Assembly: GCA_951406725.2 (NCBI GenBank)
Contig: OX597817.1
Span: 24,118,001 to 24,182,000, forward strand
Source of the DNA: Octopus vulgaris
Taxonomy: Eukaryota
Length of the DNA: 64,000 nucleotides
Direction: 5' to 3'
Part shown: positions 52,010 to 64,000 of the stretch, in pieces
How the letters are laid out: every line of letters begins with the position of its first letter
Position numbering within the stretch: position 1 is the stretch's first letter
The notes under the pieces: generated by a model
What the model was told of the DNA's origin: nothing
Seen by the model: the letters and a program-made list of their open reading frames with translations, nothing else
Database searches by the model: none
Translations under genes and position numbers: made by a program

Positions 52010-53172
52010 CACACACTCAAGTATACCATTTATTATGTATGCTCACAAAGAATGTAAATGACAGGAGAAAAATGAAAATCTATTGGACTGGAAATGAAGT
52101 CTCATGTTGATATTTGTTCTGCACTGTTACACAGACACTCTCTTTTTACTGTTGCCACAAGGAAAGCAGTGAACCAGTGACTGGCTCATCAAATACCTGT
52201 AACCAATGATGATGGTGCTCATTAATTGCAATAAAGAATAAAAGAAATGAATAAAAGCAATAAAAACAGCTACATCTGCAATAATATTCTTGCTGTTGTT
52301 GTTGTTGTTGTTGCTATTGTTGTTATTGTTATTATAACATTTTGGACAATAGTAAATAATGGTAATCTTATTCTATCTTCTTCTATTCAGAGTTGCCAAT
52401 TTGCCTTTTGTTTTATAAGGAAATCATTTGTTCTCTGAGCTGAAATCTGTCTCATGTTAGCTATACAATATTCATGTGTCTATTTCGTAGATATATTAGT
52501 TTCTTATTGTGAGCCTCTCTTTCTCTTGACAGCTTCTTGTGTGGCTAAACAAACACAGCAGTGTCTTAGAACTGACTGATATTGATTATATGCCTTCTTA
52601 AATGAAGGCCTCTAGAGAAACTGCAAAGAATCATCGACAGACTTGCTGGAACATTCCAGATTTTACAGTGACATGAGAAGTTCTCTCAATTCAGTGTATT
52701 GGCGACATCTCGTTATTAAAGTAATAAATTAAATGCATAGATTAAAAGAAGAAAACATCTATGTCTGGCAATGGAATCTCATAATCTTGCAGGCTATGTT
52801 CTTTTGTATTAGCAGAGTTGCGAAAACAAAGAACATGGCACTTTTGAAACTAGTGTCTTTAAACTTTTATCATTTGCAAAAAGATGCCATTTAGCAAACA
52901 CTCAGGCAATTTAGTAATAACAGTAATCATGATAATATCTTTATTTTGGCACAAGGGCAACAAAAGAAATGGTAGCCCTGAAATAAGAGGCAAACACATG
53001 AAAAAGAGGGTGTTAAATTGATTATAGTAATTATAAGTATTTCTTATATATGCCAATGTGTTACATTTACACTATAGAGTGGTGTGCACACATACATTGT
53101 TAATTCAGTCAATTTCAGTAAGTAACTGGTATTCATTGTAACAATGGTGTATTCTTTTCTCACTTGGGCAAT

Positions 53173-53696
53173 TGTTGTGTCGTTGTTGTGACCCCCTTCG
53201 GTCATGAATGACCATGGGATTGCACCTAGAAAGTTACCCTCCACGGCACAAGTCTGGGCAATGTTGTTTATGGAAGACCAACAGTCATCCATGCATACCA
53301 GCCTCCTCTCTCCATGCCACCGATGTTATCCAAGGGAAAGGCAAGGACTGATACAGTTTGGCACCAGTGACGTCGCAGCTCATTTATTCACGTGCAAGTG
53401 GCTGAGCATTTCACAGACACGTGTACTCTTAACGTAGTTCTCGGGGAGATTCAGCGTGACACAGAGTGTGACAAGGCTGACCCTTTGAAATACAGGTACA
53501 ACAGAAACAAGAAGAGAGAGTGAGAGAAAGTTGTGGAGAAAGAGTACAGCAGGGTCCACCACCACCTCCTGCTTGAGCCTCATGGAGCCTTTGGTGTTTT
53601 TGCTCAATAAACACTCAGAATGCCCGGTCTGGGAATCGAAACCACAATCCTACGATCGCGAGTCTGTTCCCTAACCACTGGGCCATTGCGCCTCCA
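53173..53696 (-). mobile_element. Chimeric SINE: family C 5' part fused to family D 3' half
   Basis: Junction ~53384; TSD cact(t/a)gggcaat 53161-53172 / 53697-53708. Confidence 0.85.
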
Positions 53697-56242
53697 CACT
53701 AGGGCAATAATACCTGTAAATATAATATAATAATCAAAAATTATGCAGTTAGATAGGTGCAGTGGATCCTTTGTTGGTTTCAACAGTGAGAATTCAGTTG
53801 TTTTTTTAAACTAAATGTCCATCATGTTCAGTTAGCGAGTAAGGATGGATATTCCACATAACATGTGTACTTTATGAAATTCTTAAACAGAAGCAGTTTG
53901 ATACAATATGTGCTAAGGCAGGATTATTGAATTATTGATACAATCCACTTGAAATACTTCCAAACAATTTCTGTCAACTCAGTTTCACTAACAAAGCTTG
54001 GATTAAGCTGAGGCTATGATAAAGACACTTGTCCAAGATGCTAAGCAAAGGTTCATATCATTGGTTCATATCATTGTGAAGCAAACTTCTTAACCACTCA
54101 TCTATACCAGTTTCAGTACATATGTAGACTGCCATATACTTTGCTCGACATGCATAAATGCAGACATTTATATATCAAAATTCATCTCAAATAAATAAGA
54201 ATTAAAATGGATAAATAAATAATGTATTTACTGAAAGACTCTATGAAGTAGATATTTAATTGTGTTATATTTATTGAAGAGACACTTAATTGTCATCTTG
54301 TCTGCTAATAGATACAATCCTATCCATGGAATATTTGCATATCATCTGTTGAGTTCTAAGTTCACCAAAGTTAAGTGCTTGCATATATATAAGGAATATA
54401 AAAATGTAATATTGGTTAATATAGGGACTGTACCTAGATAATACAAACATTATACTTGCTTAACACAGGTATTGGACTTGGTTATTACAAATATTCTGCT
54501 TCATTTATACAGGAGTTTCATTTAGTTAATACAAAGATTGCATTTAGCTGATATAGAATTTTCAGAGGAAAAAAGAAAACATTTTCGATAAAAGCTAATC
54601 AGAACTAGAAATATCCCAAAATATATCCAATACTTAATTCTTGTAGAAGGTTGGAAATAAATTTAATGATTTAATGATAAATCCTTCTACTTGATTTTAA
54701 TATATCTTTTTTTCATTTGTTAAAGCTGTACTAAATTAAATAGAAACAACAGAAAGAATTACACTACACATTCAATAGATAATAAATGTAATTCTACCAC
54801 ACTGTAGCAGTGTTTTGAATTACCCAGTGCAAACAAAATTTTGTTGGAACTCAGAGCTTCACAACAGCACCCTAGGATCTGATATATCACCTACTTATAG
54901 GAATATAGTTAAATAGAACTTCAGAGATTTTAGTATACATTTTCAGTAAAGTATGAAAAGCTCTTTCAATCCAATACATAACATTTTAATTGATTTGCTA
55001 AACTTTCCTTAACAATTTCTTTGATTTATGATATTTTCAATGAAGCAATGCAACCTTGATTGTTACTGACATTAAAAATGAAAATGTAAGAAACTGAATT
55101 TAAAACTGTTTCCATTACTGGAATATCAATGCTTGTTATGTTATCTTCAGCATAGAATGCAAACATCTATTATAAGTTTTCTTGGTGTTTAAAGCATTAT
55201 CCACAAATGTTTCATGTGTAAATATATTTTTTAGCGATTTATATAATGGATTTCAGTGTTAAAAGATTTGAAAATAGTTTCCATTATATTTTCTAAAAAT
55301 ATGAAATCTAAGCATTCAATGATATTCACTAACAAAATAGTTAAAAACTAATGAAAGAAAGTGTCTAATCTGTACAAGTTTACCTTGTAAAAGATTTTGT
55401 AAAGATTCTATTACAGCATTTGAGAATCAATGAAACAATCATATTTTTCCTGAGATTAAAAAAAAGAAATTAAATAGATGTAACAGCTAAATAGTTAAAA
55501 ATAATTGTATAGTGTTAAATTTGTAAAGATCCACAATTTCAAAGAATTTTAAAGATTTTATCATTTCTTACAGAGTTGAAACTTCAAAAATTTCTACAAA
55601 AGAAAAAAAAAGGAAGATGAGAAAAAGCATAAAGGAAAAGGTAAGTAGGATATTGACCTGACAGTTATAAACTAATATAAATTATATAAGCCTTCATGAA
55701 TTCAGAAAGTAAGCTATTGATCTTAAATGTATGATTAACCAAGTAGGGGACATTTAAATTTTTATTTTGAAAAAAATCAAATGAAAATATCTTCACATGC
55801 TTACATTACAATTCACAAGAAAAGCATCAAAAGAACTTTGAAGAACAAAAGAATTTCTTGTCATTATTATTTTGCACTAACAAGACACCTAGATTTACCT
55901 CGGAAATAAAACATTTAATTGGCAACAGATTTATTAATTACAACTTGAGAGAGTTGTTAGATCAATGGATAATGTCTAGAAGTGTTCATTCCAGTTCCTT
56001 GATCTCTAGGTTCCAATCATGCTGATATCAGCTTTACCTTTCATTTGTTTGGTACTGGTAAATAAAGTACCAATCCAGTAAGGATGTTCCTCTTTTTCTA
56101 TCCACCTTCTCTCTTCCTCAAAGAAATCATCTGTGGCTTGGGAAGGACTCTGCCAAGTTTAGATGACCAAAAACCCACCATATGCTGTATGTCGCAATAC
56201 CACCACTCCGTCAGACATGGAAGGTTCACCTATATGTAAGCT

Positions 56243-56274
<32 letters not shown>

Positions 56275-56695
56275 GGGAGAATTCACAAATAAACCACAAA
56301 AGACGAAGACAGGTGGTGTAGACAACAAACAGATGTATTAGTTTAATCCTTGGGAAGTCTTTAATGTTTCAAGCCTACACTTTTTCACAGAAAGGAACAC
56401 AGAAAGAAACAAGGAGAGAAAATAAAGAATGTGTAGTGGCGAGCGATCTATCATGGCGAATGCTGGACAGAGGGGTCACACAGGAGAGTGAGGAAGAAGG
56501 GGAGATAATAAAGGGGTGGTGATCCCAAAACGAAGGTGTATGTGCGTGTGTATAAGAGAGTATGTATGTGCATGTGGAAGAGGGCTGGTAACCTTGACGT
56601 GTGCGTGGGTATATGTGTAGGTGTGTGAATGTGGGGCTGAGAAGTGGTCAGTGCTAGTGTGTGCGTGGTGGTGTGATGTGATGTGGTGTTGTGAG
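56275..56695 (-). mobile_element. Possible Penelope-like terminal repeat fragment in (AT)n
   Basis: Degenerate hammerhead-like remnant on minus (CTGTGAAAAAGTGTAGGCTTGAAACATT, ~56363-56390); C/A-rich minus strand. Confidence 0.3.
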
Positions 56696-57316
56696 ATAGA
56701 TAGATAGATAGATATAAACTAATATATATGTATATATGTGTGTGTGTGTGTGTATACCTATATCAATACACACACACACACTCACACACACACACACATA
56801 TTCATATGGAAAGAAGTGTATTCCCACACATGAAAAAGTATAGGAAAATTTGTTTTGGTGGTTGAAAATGCACCTGAATCTAAAAATGTGTAGTTGTTTT
56901 TAAATTTTGCAATAGATTTATTCACACACCAAACTCAGTTGGACCATATTTTGCTTCTCAATTGTACAAATATATGAATAAAGGATTTAGGAGAGTTTAA
57001 AGTTACAAACTGAGTTTTCTCTTTCTGCTGTATTATTATAGGATGTTTATCAATAGTTGTGGTTTGTATTTTTTGATGAACATGCTTTCCTTATTCAATC
57101 AGAATTAGGTTAAAGTGTTTCTTGTTGATTGATAAAGAGGGAAAATTTGGTATTTTGGATTTGTGTCTGCAGGGCATTGATATAAGTTTTTGCTTAGAGA
57201 CAGAATCAGTATCAATAAATGAATACTGTTTGCATCAAAAGCCAATATGAGAGTTTCTCTCAAGGTAATTACAGCCATGTAGTTTTTTCTAACAGAACAT
57301 ACACGTTTAAGAAGGG

Positions 57317-57347
<31 letters not shown>

Positions 57348-57462
57348 CTTACATACATATAATTAAAATAATGAGGGTAGAAATTAATATCAATCAACAT
57401 CAATTTAAACCAGTGGTCAAGCATATTCAAAAAATTCCAAGGATTTAAAAATGATATTACAC

Positions 57463-57652
57463 TTAATAAGAGTAATAACCACTAAAGTGGATTCCTATAC
57501 ACTAGAAATAGATATTAAATTGCCTTACCACAGAGAGTGTGTTTTGGCGTTTGGTGGGATTTTTTCTCGAGAACACACTCTTTGTGTTAAGGCAATTTGA
57601 CATCTATCTCTAACGTATAGGAATCCACTTTAGTGGTCATTCCTCTTATTAA
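57463..57652. repeat. Imperfect inverted repeat, ~81-bp arms, 28-nt spacer
   Basis: ttaataagag..accactaaagtggattcctatac..aaattgcctta..agagtgtgtt and its reverse complement at 57572-57652. Confidence 0.9.
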
Positions 57653-58063
57653 TTGTTATATATATATATATATATGTGTGTGGGTATATATATATATATA
57701 GTTTACAGTTCCAGTATATATGTATACAACCCAGTAATGATATTTAAGTACAGTAATCATTTCTTCACAATTTGTTAAACTTCTATGCTACAGGATTTAG
57801 TGTGTAACACCAGATTTTAAGCTGTGGCAATGTCAGCACAGATACAGACACATAAATTTAGAAATGTTGCATTTCAACAATTTTATTACATATATGTTAG
57901 TGCATGAATTATACTTTAGTATGCTAAATAATAAAAAAAGAAATAGAAGTTAAAATCAGTAGATAATGATAAAAATATGGAAAATGTAAATATGAATTCT
58001 GTATAACTCCTTTAAGAAAAATCGAAAAATTAAAGCTATGAAGCTTTTTGAACATTCTTATAT

Positions 58064-58445
58064 AATCCTTTCTATTCTATGCACAGGGCCTGAAATTTGG
58101 GGGAGGGAATAGTCGATTACATTGACACCAGTACTCAACTGGTACTTAATTTATTGAATCCCAAAAGGATGAAAGGTAAAGTAAACCTCAGCAGAATTTG
58201 AACTTAGAATACAGTGATGGGCAAAATACCTATTTCTTTACTACTCACAAGGGGCTAAACACAGAGAGGACAAACAAAGACAGACAAACGGATTAAGTCG
58301 ATTAGATCGACCCCAGTGCATAACTGGTACTTATTTAATCGACCCCGAAAGGATGAAAGGCAAAGTGGACCTCGGAGCAAAATATGGGCAAAATACCGCT
58401 TAGCATTTCATCTTGTGTACTAAGAAATTCTACAGTTTGCCACCT
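58064..58445 (-). mobile_element. Young SINE-B fragment (58231-58383) nested inside an older SINE-B
   Basis: Internal TSD atgggcaaaatacc 58217-58230 / 58384-58397. Confidence 0.85.
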
Positions 58446-58771
58446 TGAACATCCTTATATAATATGAAAAGAAACAATTCATACATTTTTATCTTTAACC
58501 TGTTTCAGAAATTGCACTGTGGCCATGCTGAGGCAGCAAGTTGAAGTATTTATTCAAACAAATTGAACCCAGTTCACTTATTTTTTTTTAATCTGGCACT
58601 CATTCTATTGGTCTCTTTTGCCAGAACATTATATTACAGGAGACAGAAAAATACATCACCATTTTCAAGCTATGGTGCTGATGGTGAGGACAAGCAGAAA
58701 GATACACACACTCACATATGTGTGTGTGTGTGCACACGTATATGTGTATGCATATGTGAGTGTGATTGTAT

Positions 58772-58837
<66 letters not shown>

Positions 58838-58959
58838 TAAAGAGTAAACAGTTGGAAAAGTTATATCTTAAAAATCACAGTAGAGATAAGTAAATAATAT
58901 AAGTAATATTGTGTTGATAAATAAATAGAAGCTTGGATTTGGTCATTCAACCATTCATC

Positions 58960-59050
58960 GACACTTGCACTAGAAGGAAAAGGACCACCTTTGGTTTCAA
59001 GACGAAAGGTGTTCTTCCATCAGGATAACACTTAGCCATATACCGCAAGC
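58960..59050 (+). pseudogene. Short mariner transposase fragment
   Basis: ALEGKGPPLVSRRKVFFHQDNT*PYTA resembles the HQDNARPHTA motif. Confidence 0.55.
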
Positions 59051-59286
59051 TATGATCATTAAAAGATATTTTTAAATGTGTTGGTATAAATTTGAGGTAA
59101 AAGTCATTCGATTTTAATAAACATTTCCTTTATTTTATTTCCTCCACTGAAAGTCATCGTTTCTCTGATGAGTGGATATACTTCCCAACGATGATTATCA
59201 ACTTTAGATTTCATTTTGAGAGGTGATATATTTATTTCTTACTTCTCTTTTTAGTGATGCAAGTACTCGTGTAGTACCCTCAAGTA

Positions 59287-59326
<40 letters not shown>

Positions 59327-59353
59327 GTGTGTGTGTGAAAAAATATATATATA

Positions 59354-60817
59354 TTGGGTTGACAAGAAAGTAAATTCGTTTTTCGCAGGGTTATGATATT
59401 TTTGAATAAGTTTTGTCAATGTAATAATTTTTTTTCCTTTTGATATTGATAGCCGTTACCTTTAACTTACTTTAGAAGCTAATTGCGTATAATTTTATTT
59501 ACAGCTGTTAGTTCGGTGTCAATTTTAACACGTAGTACAAAAACGAACATTTTTGCCATAGTTTGTGTCTATATTTCTGTAAAGGCAAAAAAGCTGGTGA
59601 GGCTCACAAAGAGATATGTGAAGTTTATGGTGTTGATTGCTTAAAAGAACACACATTTCAGAAATAGTTTTAAAAGTTCCGTTCTGGAAATTTTTCACTC
59701 AAAGATAATCAACGTTCTGGTCGATCTACTGAAATTGATGATGACCGAATCAAAGCCATAACTGAACCTGATTGTTATATAACTGTGTGAGAGATTGCAG
59801 AGAAGTTAAATGTATCACACACATAAATTGAAAGTCACTTAAAATGTCTAAGACTCGTTAAGAAGCTTGATATTTGGGTCCTACATAATTTGAAAAAGAT
59901 TCCCTTAACTCAACGAATCAATATTCACGATATGCATCGCAAAGCAATGAAATCTAACTTTTCTTAAATGAATCATCACTGGTGATAAAAAATGGATTAT
60001 CTACCATAACATCAATCGAAGACAATCTTGCTCCAAGCTTAATGACCCAGCAGAAACCATATCGAAGATTGAATTGTATTAAAAAAGTTCATGCTGCCAC
60101 TTTTAATCACATGGATCTTAATCTTCCAAAGGAAATTTTTCCAAGGACTATTATTGAACTCTAAAAGCATAAAGACTCTACAATGTATCGGTATACTTAT
60201 TTATTAATTTTTGTATCTATGTATTATTATTTTTTTGAAAAAAACCATTGTAAATTTCTTTTTTCCCCTTCCTCAATTTAAAAAAAATTTCTTTTCTCCT
60301 TCCAAATCTTAAAAATTTGCCTTGCGATGAATATTGGTGTTGTGAATTTTGAGCTGCTCTCAAGTAACCAAACGATCAATTCAGATGGTTACTGCCAACA
60401 ACTAATAAAACTGGAGAAAACAATAAAAACAAAGGCCAGAATTGGCAAATCGTAAAGGAATCTATAGCCCACACATGTCTTTTCTAACTTGTGAAAAATT
60501 ATTGGAGCTTGTTTGGGAAGTGATGTCACATCCACCATGTAGCTCTGACCTTGCACCATCAGATTACCATTTATTTCAAAGTTTGCAACATTCTTTGAAT
60601 GGTAAAATTTTCAATAATAATGATGACCTGTTGCTTCAGGTTTTGGCTGACAAAGACCAGAAGTTCAATGAGTGTGGAATCATGAGGTTGCCAGAAAGAT
60701 GGCAAAAGGTCATTGAACAAAATGGAAAACATATAATTAATTAAAGTTCATTCCTTGTATTAAAACAATGAATTTTATTTCACACTAAAAAACTGAAATT
60801 ATATTTTGCCAACCCAA
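59354..60817 (+). mobile_element. Decayed near full-length mariner transposon in (TA)n
   Basis: TIRs TTGGGTTGACAAGAAAGTAAATTCGTTTTT / AAAAACTGAAATTATATTTTGCCAACCCAA; transposase motifs EICEVYG, RSGR, EIAEKLNVS, WVLHNL, ITGDKKW, HPPCSSDLAPSDYHLF with stops and frameshifts. Confidence 0.9.
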
Positions 60818-60832
60818 TATATATACTTTTAT

Positions 60833-60875
<43 letters not shown>

Positions 60876-60876
<1 letters not shown>

Positions 60877-61156
60877 GGTCTCTTTTGCCGAACCATTTAG
60901 TTACGGGAACATAAACACACCAGCATCGGTTGTCAAGCGATGTTGGAGGGGACAAACACAGACACACAAACACACACGCACATATATATATATATACATA
61001 TATACGACGGGCTTCTTTCAGTTTCCGTCTACCAAATCCACTCGTTGGCCCGAGGCTATAGTAGAAGACACTTGCCCAAGGTGCCACGCAGTGGGATTGA
61101 ACCCGGAACCATGTGGTTGGTAAGCAAGCTACTTACCACACAGCCACTCCTGCGCC
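60876..61156 (-). mobile_element. SINE family A, 3' end missing
   Basis: Reverse complement of family A head and middle. Confidence 0.85.
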
Positions 61157-61324
61157 TATATATATATATATATATATATAAATTTAAATAGAGGTTTAAA
61201 AAAGCCACCATAAGGGATAGAAAATATTCAAAGAATTACTGCTTTGTTACCTATTATTTTATTGTGAATAGCAATATTCTTAAAATAATAGGTTTAAATA
61301 TAAATCTTGGTTTATGAGTATTCA

Positions 61325-61628
61325 AATTAAAATCCAGAAAATGGAGAAGTAGCGTTAATATAATTTATTAACTGCAAAAATTCAACACATTCTCTTACAG
61401 CTGTTTCGATTTTGTCCAAAAGAATTAAATTCTAGTAATTAAAGCATTTTAGTGGACAAAATCTCATAAGAGGAGAAAAAGACATATCGTTAGGTTTCTC
61501 CAAAACATTTCAACAGACTGGAATTTAATTCTTTTGGGCAAAATCAAAACAGTTGTAAGTGAACATGTTGAACTTTTGCAGCTAATAAATTATATTAATG
61601 CTACTTCTCCATTTCTTGGATTTCAATT
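61325..61628. repeat. Inverted repeat (~110-bp arms) with a degenerate hammerhead on minus (61390-61477); Penelope-like
   Basis: Arms 61325-61436 / 61517-61628; minus strand CT-CTTATGA-GATTTTGTCC...GGACAAAATC-GAAAC-AGCT-GTA-AG. Confidence 0.7.
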
Positions 61629-61660
61629 CATATATATACATATATATATAAATATATATA

Positions 61661-61867
61661 TTGGGTTGTCCAGAAATTTCTGCTGATTTATAGTAGTTTA
61701 CCAGGCACCTCAATTCTGGGAAGAAGGTATCTTAAAGTTAAAGGAAAGATGGAGACACATTTTGCAACAAAATGTTTCATATTTGGTTGATTAAAAATGT
61801 AATGGCAAGTATTTATTGACCTTTTCCTTTCCTTTAAAAATCGGTATGAACTTTCCAGACAACCCAA
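61661..61867. mobile_element. Mariner-type MITE in (TA)n
   Basis: TIRs TTGGGTTGTCCAGAAATTTC / GAACTTTCCAGACAACCCAA with TA flanks. Confidence 0.8.
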
Positions 61868-62358
61868 TATATATATATATATATATATATAGCTGGATAG
61901 ATGGATTGATGGATAAATGGGCAGGCACCCCACACAGGTTCCACCTATTAAATTCACTTACAAGTGTCGGATAGCCGAGGACTTGGTAAAAGACACTAGA
62001 TCCGATCTAGAGCTAAAAAGCAATTAAATGATTATGTCATAGTTTTTATAAGTTTACTCAAGAGGAATGGTCTGTGTTTCAGGCATTTGTAGCACTTGGA
62101 GACTGATGAAATCAATATCACTAATATTCTGCTTAAACTACTGCAAGTCCTGTACCAGGAATTCTAGAAGGTCAATATTCTGAGAAGAAATGTTTGGGTG
62201 TATTGATTAATGAGGAGCCTAGAATGAGTTGATATGATATAAACTATGAGAGGAAGAATGAGTGGTGAAACTTAACTAAGGATCAGAATGAACAACTAGA
62301 TTTTAGCAGAGTAAAATGAGGTAAGCAGAATTTTATACCTTGCAGAACTGCACAAAAC

Positions 62359-62589
62359 GGTGGCCAGCTGGCAGAATCGTTAGCACGCCGGGCGAAATGC
62401 TTAGCGATATTTCGTCTGCCATTACGTTCTGAGTTCAAATTCTGGCGAGATCGACTTTGCCATTCATCCTTTCAGGGTCGATAAATTAAGTACCAGTTAT
62501 ACACTGGGGTTGATGTAATCGACTTAATTCCTTTGTCTGTCCTTGATTGTCCTCTTTGTGTGTGGCCCCTTGTGGGCAGTAAAGAAATA
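62359..62589 (+). mobile_element. SINE family B, full length
   Basis: TSD agaa(c/t)tg(c/t)acaaaac 62344-62358 / 62590-62604. Confidence 0.88.
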
Positions 62590-63299
62590 AGAATTGTACA
62601 AAACAAGGAATGTAGCAGAGTTTGAACACATAATGCTTGAATCAGCTATCTATCCCTTCAAGCAAATAGGCAGTGTGAGCTTAATATAAAGGATAATATT
62701 AAAATTCAATATCTGTTTTTCTGTTTGTGTTTATCTTAAATTTTGTGAAAACAATCCATTGCAGTACAAAAATGTTTTGATTAATATTCTCTTAAACACA
62801 AGCCTTTTTGCCTAAAATCAACACAATTTTAAAATCAAAATAATTTTCCCTTCTTTCAAGGATGTGTGACAATAGAAGTAATGTACACATGCACAAATAA
62901 ACATGCAAACTAAACATTTGAATACAGATGCTTACAAACACAAATATACACATTGAAAAGACAAATAATGTGCAAGATACGCATCTGATATTAGATGTAC
63001 ATGCACAAACACATAGTTACACGCACATGTAAAATTATCATAAATGGATACATTCATATGAAACAGATGCTCATCTAATAGTGAATGCACAGATACAAAC
63101 ATACAAATAAATACAAGAGCATACTTGCACACATAAATATGACCATTAACAAGATTTAGCCAAACAGACGAGGCACATAAGAACACATAAGTATATTGCA
63201 GTTAAGAAATGAACACATACAGAAGAATAGGATTAGCAATTGTTAACAAATATTTTGGGATTTAATTTCATTTTAAATGAATGTTATATTTTGTTTTGG

Positions 63300-63684
63300 A
63301 TGGAAGCACTCCATCAGTTACGATGATGAGGGCTCCGGTTGATCTAAATCAACGGAACAGCCTGCTCGTGAAATTAACGTGTAAGTGGCTGAGCACTCCA
63401 CAGACACGTGCACCCTTAACATAGTTCTCGGGGATATTCAGCGTGACACAGAGAGTGACAAGGCCGGCTCCTTGAAATACAGGCACAATAGAAACATGAA
63501 GTAAGAGTGAGAGAAAGCTGTGGTGAAAGAGTACAGCAGGGTTCGCCACCACCCCCTGCTGGAACCTCGTGGAGCTTTAGGTGTTTTCGCTCAATAAACA
63601 CTCACAACGCCTGGTCTGGGAATCGAAACCGCGATCCTATGACCGCGAGTCCGCTGCCCTAACCACCAGACCATTGTGCCTCCA
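63300..63684 (-). mobile_element. SINE family C, full length
   Basis: Near-identical to 21805-22191. Confidence 0.9.
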
Positions 63685-64000
63685 ATTTGTTTTATATACA
63701 TGCATAATGGTGCAAGAATGGGTGTGTGGTTGTGAAGCTGTTTTCCAACCACTTTGATTTGGATTCATTCCTTCTGAAGGGGACTTTGGGCAAGTGTTTA
63801 CTCTTCTGTAAACATGATTAAACAACTTCAAACTTCTAACATTCATGAATCCAAGAAGCACCTAGATATTTTACCCTTTACTATCCCAAACAAACCAACT
63901 TTATGGTAAGAAATGTAATTGAGATTAGTGACATTAAACTCCTTAATTTTCCAAAAGCAGACTACTGTACAAACAGTTCCAATTGCAAAAATGATGCCCC

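Noticed and set aside
54100-55950. Long AT-rich stretch without recognisable repeats
   Set aside because: No ORF, structure or motif I can support; conservation cannot be judged from this sequence alone.
59161-59195. CTGATGAGTGGATATACTTCC hammerhead-like start
   Set aside because: No GAAA or stem III follows.

Overview
AT-rich, microsatellite-dense animal DNA, intronic or intergenic. The repeat repertoire resembles octopus/coleoid cephalopod DNA; this is inference from recalled repeat families, not a database result. No host protein-coding gene can be supported, and nearly all listed ORFs are microsatellite or SINE read-throughs. The window is a mosaic of: (i) at least five tRNA-headed SINE families, labelled A-E here, many with target-site duplications (TSDs), including chimeras and self-nested dimers; (ii) a 5'-truncated, frameshifted RTE-clade LINE (32765-35415) whose reverse transcriptase (RT) carries an in-frame C4HC3 PHD-like finger, plus about ten 3' fragments; (iii) R4/Dong-like fragments inside (TAA)n tracts; (iv) a decayed mariner and mariner- and piggyBac-type MITEs; (v) two non-autonomous Helitrons, one carrying a LINE ORF1-like fragment; (vi) Penelope-type minimal hammerhead ribozyme motifs and several long hairpins. 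The best candidate for an undescribed system occurs twice (5526-6366, 45465-45997): a TSD-flanked head-to-head palindrome whose unit is a tRNA-like Pol III head + (AAT)n + a tail with a minimal hammerhead. Also notable: two retroelements copied locally with their non-element 3' flank, and SINE-B insertions that repeatedly occur at ...TACC sites, a motif the SINE also carries internally.
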